The position numbers and the translations under genes were made by a program. DNA of 64,000 nucleotides from Marsupella aquatica (Eukaryota > Plantae > Marchantiophyta). The notes beneath the pieces are model-generated. The model saw only the letters and a list, made by a program, of their open reading frames with translations, was not told where the DNA came from and did not search any database. The stretch lies in contig OZ316898.1 of assembly GCA_973895155.1 (NCBI GenBank), positions 8,915,079 to 8,979,078 on the forward strand, in the 5' to 3' direction. Positions within the stretch are counted from its first letter, which is position 1. Each line of letters starts with the position of its first letter. Shown piece by piece: positions 14,801 through 23,996 of this stretch.

Positions 14801-15569
14801 ACCCCCACTTTGGTCCGATTATCCTTAGCATACAATTCCACCTCCTCGATCATCCAATTAGAACGCAAACTATAATCCTTGAAATTATAATTTGAAAAAA
14901 CATCCCGTGTGGACAGATCGTTTAGCATATCCTGGGAAGAACTCCTCCGAGTAACATCCTTTAAATTCCAGAATACAAAAGTGTCCAATGCTTCCGAACG
15001 GTATCGGCTCCATTGTGAGGAAAGGGTAACCTCTCCCTTCCTTGAAAAACTTCACATATTTTCACACTAATCCTAGAAGTGCCAAGTCTTTCATTGTGAC
15101 AGGTTTCATCGGGATTCGTCTTGAACACAAATCCACGAGCCACAATCTGATTGCCAATCCAGAGCTCGACTTCAACGCCAGATATAATCGAGTCTCCAAA
15201 ACTTCCCACCAAAGATTTGTCTGGTACAAAACCGGGAACCGTATCCTTTGTAGAACAAGAGGCATCCATTTGTGTTGTCGCTGGAGTTGACTGTGACTTC
15301 AAATATGCAAAAGAGGCATCCCAAATAATGCAGGAGTCGACAACATCAAACAAGGTCCTGATCGGCGGCAAAGGGTAAGGAATTTCCCATGATCCCTCAT
15401 AGCACTTCTCAATGAGAACTCCTATACGATTACTTCCCAAATCAACATTACGCACTGAGTCACCCGGGTCAACCTTGAGGACGGTCCCGCAAGAACTTCC
15501 ACTCCATCGATTACGAGGCAAACCTTGTCCCCTCGAAAGAAAATCCCCATTTTGAAAACGTGGTCCGAA
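11863..15569 (-). pseudogene. Sola-like DDD transposase (DUF7869-type core) with three N-terminal Tnp1/DUF8039-like repeats and a C-terminal beta-rich domain; disrupted
   Basis: ORF-track pieces 14677-14988, 14350-14676, 13636-14325, 12568-13614 and 11992-12411 are all one frame, separated by single stops (14677, 14350, 13636, 12568, 12421, 11992), and the frame runs on to TAA at 11863. One frameshift near 14990. Motifs: CCKLKC, VCKGAFIKMHGFS, KCTLC, IIHDKMD*AK (D1), LTLQMDNSGKDNKN (D2), FLMVGHTHEDVDALFS (D3). Confidence 0.8.
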
Positions 15570-16189
15570 CTGTTGGATGTAGTTACCTCGAGATGATCTC
15601 AAGGTAAAGTGACTACAAAAACAAACCAAAAAACCCAAGTGTAGAAGTTTATCCCACAAATTGTGTGATAGAGAAAATATGAAACTCTTCTACCTCGAGA
15701 CGATCTCGAGGTAGAAGAGGGACCAAAAACTCCAATATGTAAAAATTCAGAAGTATTTAGCTTGAGACGATCTCGAGGTAAAATATGAAATCTCACTATA
15801 TAGCGAATTCAGATTCTATACCTCCGACTCTCTACAAACTCAATTATAAGAAGGAAAACCGAATGCACCACTAGAAATAAGGCAAAAGTGAATAAGTTTG
15901 AGGATCAAACTTATGACTCGAGATGATCTCGAGCCAAAAAGGACATTGTATTTGACAAAGAAACTATTATGAATAATAAGCCACCCAAAATAAGAACATA
16001 TAAATGGCTCTAGATGATCTAGAGGAATGATTTGGTGCAATTAAGAAAGTAGGCTCCTAGTCTACTTCCAGACACTGAGAAATAGCTTCTAAAAGGCCAT
16101 CAAATAGAGGGAAAAGGCTTCCAAATGGATTTTGACCGACACTAGTATAAGCTGAAAAGGTTTGGTTTTCTAAAAGATAGGAGCTCAAT

Positions 16190-16950
16190 TATTTTAGACC
16201 TCTTTCAAGGCTTAAAATGAGAATTTCTCGAAATATCCTAAACACAAACGTAGAGTCCACAACCCTTGAAAAGAACAACAGAAAGAGATCAGAGTAGAAA
16301 TCTAGAGCCAAAGAGAGGGAGAGGGAGAGGGAGAGAGAGCAGAGAGAGAGCAGAGAGAGGCAGAGGGAGAAACGAGCGAGCAATGAAACGAAATGAGAAG
16401 ATGGACCAGCTGGAGACCAAAGAGAAGCAATATATAAAACCCTGACAGACAAAAAGGCCAATAAGACGGCTTGGTTGAACTTGTGTCACGGCTAAACTCG
16501 CGACAGGGCTGAAGTACGGATAACAATAATGACAACACGTGTGACCGTAATAATGACTGTAGCACCCAGGCAGGTTGCGTGGCAGCCTGCCTGAGCCTAC
16601 ACGAGCCCTGGCACGGTTGGCACGGCCAAGGCTGACCCCCGAGGGGCTTATAGTGGCTTCAGGGGTTTTGAATTCCCCATTTTCACATTCGCCTCCTCGT
16701 CTCTTCGCCTCCTTGCCTCCTCGCGTCCCTTGCCTCCTTGCCTCTAGATTGTTTCGCGCTCTTGCATCGAGATACTTGTATTAGCCTCGAGATTGCACAG
16801 GGTCGAGATTAGGTTTTTTCCTCGAGATTTTATAGAGTCAAGATTTTGTATTTTGGCTCGAGCTTCGATAGGGTCAAGGTTTTCTGTTTAGGCTCGAGAT
16901 TTGTTTTTAAGTTCTCAGCCCGTAGTACGTTCCTCTCTTCACCAGCCATG
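16190..16950. promoter_or_regulatory. Putative bidirectional promoter between the transposase and the cargo gene
   Basis: GA-rich tract at 16310-16370 (CT-rich leader on the minus strand), TATATA at ~16431, a GC-rich core, and a CT-rich leader on the plus strand at 16690-16745 before the ATG at 16948. Confidence 0.45.
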
Positions 16951-19900
16951 TCAACTGTTGTAGATTTCTCCAAGGAGGACTTCGTTGAGTACAACCTTGC
17001 AACCATTGGTGAAGAGCTTCAGACCCATCTAGACTCAGCGCATCAGATCCATCGCACCATTAAACGTAATTCATCATCTTTGTTTTGTTCAGGTTTAACT
17101 CGAGATCGTCTCGAGCTTCAATTGGTCCACTTGTTTCTGGATTCCTTGGATGCAGTTGAGGCTCGAGATCATCTCGAGCCTATTGATGTTTTCTGCAATA
17201 CTTTGCTTCAAAAGTTGTGATCTATCAATTGATTTTGCATTTGATGTAAGTGGCATGAGGCTCGAGATCGTCTCGAGCCAATATGCAATTCCTGCATGTG
17301 ACCTAGTGAGATTTCTTCAAGTTGGAAACCCTTATCCTTCAAAAGTGAAACATAATATCCAAAATATCTAAAATTTCCTTCCTCTAGGGACTTCTGTACC
17401 CTCCAACTCATTCTGATCATTAACATCCGAACGGGTTTGTGGGTATCAGAAGTCAAATGGAGAAAGTGGATTTGAATCATTGATTGAATATGATGTTCAT
17501 TGTTGAGTATGATATTTGGATCCCTCGTTTGACATGTTAGGCCAATTTCTTCCAGTTGGAAGGACTCCATGTCGTCTACTTGAATTACTAATATCCTTTT
17601 CATTGTGATCCAAGCTTGCCTTTTGGACCACTTTCTTAGTCCTCCAACTCGTTTGTGAAGATGACAAACCACTGAGTTAGAGGGTTTTGAATGTGGTCGA
17701 ATAGGTGACATTGGATCATTCTTGAAAATGTTGTTCGTTAAATTTGACTGGTTCATGATATGCAATGGAATAAAACCTCAACTGATATATATGAGGATCG
17801 AGATCATCTTGAGCCCTTGTCTTTTTCTTTTAAATAGATGGTGGCTCGAGATCATCTCGAGCCTATTGTGTTTCCTAACTATTGTGTTATCTTTTTAGAT
17901 TTCTTGGGTTTGAAATCTCTTTTTAAATTCCATGGATGAAATGGCATTGGAACATGTCAGACTATTAAACTTAAAAGGAAGATCGAGATCATCTCGAGCC
18001 ACCTATTTGTTTCTTGGTTTTGTAGTACATGTTTCTGACAATTGCTACATTTTGGCTGTACCAGGTGCAAAATTGGGATCGCCTAATTTGGTAGTCGAAG
18101 ATGAACATGCAATTGAGGTTTCCTGCCCTGGACAGGGTTTATTTGGATTCTGTTGGGCCATTGAGCTTGCTAAAACTGAAGACATGGAAGGAACTATTAT
18201 TTGTGTGAAGACGAGGTCTCCATCAGTCGATCCTCTAGTGTGCAGCCTTCTAGGGCCTGTTGTTTCTATTGTGACGAGTAACGGTAAGGACATGGTTTTG
18301 ACGGTGGAGAACCATGAGACAGGGAAGTGGACTCTAATTAGACTTCACGCCAAAAACTACTCTTGCGATCTTAACATTGAACGTGCAGCCAGGAAACAAC
18401 TGAGCGTGATATCAATGGGGTTCTTCCCCGAGGGTTTTACTACAAGTAATTTGCTAGAAGATACTCCTATATCTGGAGTGGACATAATTTTTGGATTCCT
18501 TTATTGTCGAAAGTATGGGTTTGATCGAGATGATGCATTCACGACTCCTTTCACGTGGAAGGTTTTGAGACTAATTTTGGAATCCAAATTGGGGGAGTTT
18601 GAATCCATATCCCCTGATTTTGTGTTTGGATCCGGAGAATTTGACGATGATGCTTGTAAAAAGTGGGTGTTGTCTCATCGGAGACAAACAGGTAAATTGA
18701 AATTTATAGCTGCGGGAGACAAGACGTCCGGTTTGGACAAAAAGGATGCAAAGGTGTCTCAAAAGAGGAAGAGGGTTGAGAAACCCGAGAGCAAAGCGAA
18801 GAAGGCTCCACCTCAAAAAAAGTCTGCGCCGCCCAAGGTAGATCTCATTCCGGCATCTTCCTCGGGTGTGAATGCACATACCGATGATGATGGCACTCCA
18901 GGAGATGCTCCGGGAGAAAAGAGCATTAAGGAAGGAGCCAAAGTTCTTAAGGAGATTGAGGAGTATTACACATTTGGCATGAATGAAACTTTTGACATTC
19001 CTGTCACTAGTATAGATTCGTCGTCTGCAGTTTTGGTATATAGGATGTTCAATAAAGACCATGCCATGGAGGTCGCAAAATCCATGGTTAGAAACCCTGG
19101 AATGGTACCAGCTGTGGCGGATTTAATTCCGTATTCAAGAGAGTTTGTAGTTACTCCATTATGAGAATACTGTTGAGGATCGAAAGGAGTTCGAGTGGGG
19201 TGTTAAGAATAAGAAGGTGCAGTTCCTTGCAATCAGTGGACAACACTCGGCAAAGGCAGCTGTTTGGATCATAGGTTGGGCTAAGAGCGATGCAAAGTTG
19301 AAGGAGGTCACGAAGAGTCTGCAATATCGAAAGTCACGAATTCTTTCGGACAGAACTCCAAGAACAATACTTGCTCAACACTCACAAAGGGCAAATGCTG
19401 TTAATAAGACCATGGAGTATGAGTCCTGTTTTCTTGATACTATGGTCCATGCCCGTCGACAGTTTGACGAGTGTGGCCGTCCGGAGAGACCCGTGATTGG
19501 GTCCAATAGACTAACGGATCATCAAAAGTTCCAGGTAAATTCGAACTCAAATCCACTTCTAGCTCGAGATTGTCTCGAGCCTCGAGGTCTGTATTTGATT
19601 TATCTTCATGTATTCTCCCATAAATTTTACCATAGTTCCTTAATTCTACCTCGAGATCATCTCGAGCCTCAGATTTTCTTTGTACTGTTTGGATCAGGAT
19701 TTTATGGCCCTTGCCAAAATAACAACTGGAAAATCCGATCTGAGGAATATTTTTTGGTTGCTATTTTCGGATGAGAACCTCTTCCGAACTTGGAGACAAA
19801 TGTGCATCGATTGGGTCAAGGGACTTCTTCCGAATGGTCTAGGGGAGTTAGGTTCAAAAATAAATGGGAAATCCCGGACAACAAAAATGATTACGCCGGC

Positions 19901-21962
19901 ATTATTTAGATGCTTTGAAGGAGACCTGAGTAGTGACGACATTCTGAAAGTTTTTACTGCCGTTCAACAACAAAAGGTTTTATTGAAGAAAGACCCGGCC
20001 AACAAATCTGATGTTCAATCAATGAGTGATATGGCTCATACTTTCAAAGTCATGACCAAGCTGAGGGCAAAAATTGTGGAGTACTTTGTTTTGAAGTATC
20101 CGGATTGGTTTGCTAATTCACTCACTTGGTTTGAGCTAACTCAATTTTTGCCTGCATTTATGGATCGTGGTGAGTTGCTGAAACTTAGACAACTTGCTGG
20201 AGAGGTTTGGATTTCCAACCTCCTAAAAAGAAATAGGCCAAAAGACCCATTTCTGCAAAGTCTCATTGTTAGGCTTGAGCAGATATATTGCAAGGTATTT
20301 GGCGGGTTGCCTTCAATGGAGGATACTCCTTATCGCATATTTTTTAGCGATAATTTGATGAGGACAATGAAGCCTGAGATTGTTGACTCGGTGCAAAGGA
20401 CGTGCCCACTCTCCATTGTTGATTTTGGTCGTCTTCGACAACGGCAGTGGACAGATGCCAAATTTTTTGTCTTGCTGGAGTATTGTTTGCAGATGGCGAA
20501 CTCGACGGAGCTCTTAGTAATCTTTTTTGTCCGTCAAGGCCCATTGATAGGCCAGATTCATAGTGCCTTTGAAAAGATTCGTCGTGAGAAGAAAGTCCAC
20601 ATGAAGCTAGAGTACGAGAGCTATTACCGTGATCAGCTGCCCAAGGAGGAGGGAGATTTTCTCATTGGAGCCCGAGACTCAATCATCTTTGGGGGAATTT
20701 GTTGTGAAGAGGAACCAGTCTGGTCCCAAATTTTCTTTGATGACTTTTATGCGTTCTAGAACTACAGTGAGAAGTGGGACAAAGACTTCACAGTCTTGCC
20801 TTTGAAGGCCCCTACTGGGAACAACAAAGACCAATCAAAGGGGAAAGATAAGCTCGATGAATCCACTGTTGATGTTGAAGTTTTGGAGAAGATGGCCCCA
20901 TCTTATGAGATGGTCGGTCGGCGTGGTGGCTTTGTAAATCTGAGAGCAAAGCCTTTGCGAATGACAAAGCGTCTTGTTGATTATTTCTCGTGCCCAGGTC
21001 ATACAGTGTTGGATTTCTTCTCTGGAGGACAGACATTGAAAGCTTGTGTCATTCTTGGTCGGGATTGTTTTGTGTATTCGGACACAGCTCAAGAGATGGA
21101 ATTCACAGAAGCCTTTGCTCAGCTCCTTCATGACAACAAGCAGGTTTTATATGTGCCACCCAAGGAGCCGTTACCATCTGAGGAAATTACTGCCGGTCCC
21201 CTTGTTGTAATAGAAGAGGCGGCCTTAGACATAGCTCCAGTGGAAGCCAGTGTTTATGAGGAAGTATTTGCGGAGAATTTAGAGCATCGCAAAATGGAGG
21301 GCCCAAAAATCACAAGCTACATGGAAGAGGAGGGTGAAATACTGCCTGAATTTGGAAATGATGCTCGAGATGATCTCGACGTTCTAGGTGTTCCTTCATC
21401 GGGTGACCTTGGGGATGCACAACATGAACAACAGTCTTCAACCTTGGATGTTGGCTGGGAATCCACCTTGAAGGATGCAATTAGCCAACCAATTCCAAGC
21501 CCTCCTCAACTGGATGAGATTTTCTCTACTAAGAAAGCTAGTGGCTGCCATACTCCCCCTCAGGACGAGACAGGTGCATCGTCCTCTCCCTTGGACCAAA
21601 TGTTTTGCGCTTCAGAGAATAAGCTTGTTTTCCCAGATTCTTCTACTGGAATCCCCGTAATTCTCCCTTTTGTTAGGAAACCAGGGACTGAAATTGGTAG
21701 AACTGGTTACAAATCACTCAAAGCAAGTGCTACTCATTATGTTTGGACTGATGGACCGTCAAAAGGTCAACACGTCTCTATAGAGCAATCTGAGAAGATT
21801 ATTCGATCTAGAAAGTATAGGAAGGATAAGTTCAAATTAGTGCCAGTTTGGTCTGAGCCAGCTCTTGTTGAGACCCTTCCCGGAGGGATAAATTTGGACA
21901 TCCAAAACCAACTAGGAGATAACCTTCTAGATGAATTTGGGTCTTTCAGCACGGGAGGTTGA
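16948..21962 (+). pseudogene. Spliced cargo gene: ParB/DGQHR-like domain plus an N4C/N6A (N6_N4_Mtase-like) DNA methyltransferase-like region; disrupted
   Basis: Frameshift near 19160. The phase-0 intron 19535-19697 joins HQKFQ to DFMAL. The in-frame TAG at 20757 is followed directly by ORF 20796. ParB-like segment FDIPVTSID..YRMFNKDHAMEVAKSMVRNPG...VQFLAISGQHSAKAA. MTase C-terminal signature KPLRMTKRLVDYFSCPGHTVLDFFSGGQTLKACVILGRDC (20949-21070). The 5' exons (from 16948) are tentative. Confidence 0.62.
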
Positions 21963-22228
21963 AACCCAAGTTAGTTTGAACAGTCTTGAAATTCAGCCGT
22001 CTAAATTATTATGTCTACCTTCACAGAAATAGGCGGGCCCTTACCAGTTGTGGAGTGCGTCGACAATAATCTCCAAAGATGTCCTGAGATTTCTTCAACT
22101 ACTGACCTTCAACCAACAATAGGTATGACGTTGACTGTTATTCATTCACTTGTGATGCTCGAGATCGTCTCGAACATTCCTTTATTTTATCTCCCACAAT
22201 TCTAACATTGGTGTTCCTTCTTTGCAAG

Positions 22229-23297
22229 ACCCTTGCCTCCACTTCACGGTCCGATCAGACGGAAGCTATTGATTCTTGACCTCAACAAAATGTGTTGGGA
22301 TTCTGTCAAAACGCCAAGTTCTGGACCACGCCGTAGTGCAACAAGTGTCAAGGGTGTCCACTGGGGGAGACGTGGAGGGTTTAACTTTATGTATGTTGAA
22401 CGACCCCATCTTCATGAGTCCTTAATCGCAGCTTTTTTGTTATTTGATGTTGCCATTTGGACTTGTGCAAGGAAACCCAGGACGGATGAAATGATTCATT
22501 TGATCTTCAGTCAAGAAGAGCGAGAGCAATTCAAGTTTATTCTCACACAAGAAGATACATTCGATACTGGAATCCAGAGGCCTGACATTACCGATGGGAA
22601 GGAAAATATTCATTTGAAGGATTTGAGGGTGGTTTGGAAACGTTATGGTGGATTATACGACGAAACCGATACACTCATTCTTGATGACACTCCAATGAAG
22701 GCATTTGCAAATCCAGAGAATTGTGGGTTGTTTCCTTCCTCATTTTTGCATCACTCCACAGATGATACATTCTTTCCAGAAATAGTATGGCCTCTGCTCA
22801 GGAAATTGTATCATGCCTTCAATCTTCAGCACTACCTTTTTATCAATCATCCAAAGTGGTCTATGATAAATGTTTTAGCGGACAGAGATCAACAGGCTGC
22901 CCGGGAGGCTGCCATTTATGCATTGTTGACGGAGTGGTGGGGTAGTATGGTATGGGTTCATTCGGTTATCCATACAGTCTTGGATGTCACAGCGGACGAA
23001 ATTCCTTGGGATGTCAAGAATGAAGTGCAACAATTACCACCAATGGAGGAATTGACGGAGGAGGCGATCAACGACCTTGCAAAGACGTTAATTGGATATC
23101 AGTACACAGGACCCTATAGAGACAATCATCGGGGATTTGTTTCGGAAGTCTTGAGGTGTAGGGACCTCACCACGAAGTTCTGGAATAGGAAGCCTCTCGA
23201 TTTCTGCAATCGTGATATGAAATATGACCCGTCAGAGTCTAGATTTACTTGCTCAAATGAATTTTGCGCGGTGGAGGAGCATGAGATTTGGGTCTAG
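22229..23297 (+). CDS. FCP1/SCP-like (NIF) HAD-family phosphatase domain; transposon cargo, possibly the last exon of the upstream gene
   Basis: RKLLILDLNK (motif I variant), ERPHLHESL, FDVAIWTCA, KDLRVVW and TLILDDTPMKAFANPENCGLFP match NIF-domain proteins. Preceded by a probable intron 22123-22228 that contains a palindrome. Confidence 0.75.
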
Positions 23298-23837
23298 ATT
23301 ATCTCGACCCTACACTGAACAGTTACAATGTGAGTTGTAGATATACATATTCTTACTCAAAAAAAAGTGAAGCTATGCGTACTATCCATTTGAGTCTAGA
23401 TGCTGTTGATCCTCTTTTATTTGTAGATATGTTCTCAGAAAAAGGTTATTTGGGTCTCGACCCTATACAAAGGGAATAGCTAGAGATATAGATTCAACAA
23501 CGGGTCAAAATTATGTGGACCCTACATTTGGGTCAAGATAATCTTGACATAAATTTTTACATAGTAATTGATATACATTCAACAACCGGTCAAAACCATC
23601 TAGAGCCTGCATTGGGGCAGACCTGGTCTCGACCCTGTAAAAATAAGTTTTTTACTTTTATAATACATTTCTGGTTTACCTTTCGTGTTTGTGTAACTTG
23701 GTTATCACGGGTCATTTGAATTTATTATATTGTCTTATTCTATTTTTCATTGTTTATATTGTATATAATAAGAACACTTTATTATCTTTTAATAAATAAG
23801 TATTTATAATTGATAACTGAATTATTTAATTAATAAT

Positions 23838-23996
23838 TTGGGCATTAGAATTGTAATTTTAGACCTTAAAAAGTGTATATTTGGCCACTAAAATGTATGT
23901 TTTTGGGGAACAAGTTATAGAACTTTTGGGGGTAAAATAAGAAATTTGAAGGTCAACTTCTGGACTAGAGAAATTCCAGTTTTAATGAATAGGGTG
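23838..23996. repeat. Right TIR with degenerate ~22-bp subterminal repeats, matching the 8554 end
   Basis: AGAAATTCCAGTTTTAATGAATAGGGTG is the inverse of 8554-8581. Units such as GTGTATATTTGGCCAC resemble TTGTACATTTGGGCAC. Confidence 0.55.

Larger units (their letters stand above)
14554..23548. repeat. Dispersed 17-bp palindrome CTCGAGA-N3-TCTCGAG, about 19 copies
   Basis: Starts at 14554, 15587, 15694, 15761, 15917, 16008, 17099, 17162, 17261, 17797, 17845, 17982, 19563, 19650, 21364, 22158, 23292 and 23532, with more degenerate copies near 23590-23630 and half-sites at 16767-16900. The copy at 15685-15719 is a perfect hairpin with 16-bp arms. Confidence 0.92.
11863..23550. mobile_element. 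Large cargo-carrying Sola-like DNA transposon (core; the ends may extend to 8554 and 23996)
   Basis: Transposase (-) and cargo gene(s) (+) are arranged head to head, decay in the same way, and share a 17-bp palindrome that I did not find elsewhere in the window. Confidence 0.7.

Noticed and set aside
16948-23297. Bacterial contamination or prophage as the source of the ParB/MTase-like sequence
   Set aside because: The gene has GT-AG introns that restore the frame, a eukaryotic NIF domain, and is contiguous with plant genes.
14554-23548. CRISPR-like interpretation of the palindromes
   Set aside because: Spacing is irregular (60 bp to 1.7 kb), the repeats are only 17 bp, there are no cas genes, and the context is eukaryotic and spliced.
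11488-23716. Candidate TIRs GTCCGTAAGTAATTTGTTACA (11492) and the reverse complement of TGTAACTTGGTTATCACGGGTC (23692)
   Set aside because: Only patchy similarity and no convincing TSD, so not usable as termini without other copies.
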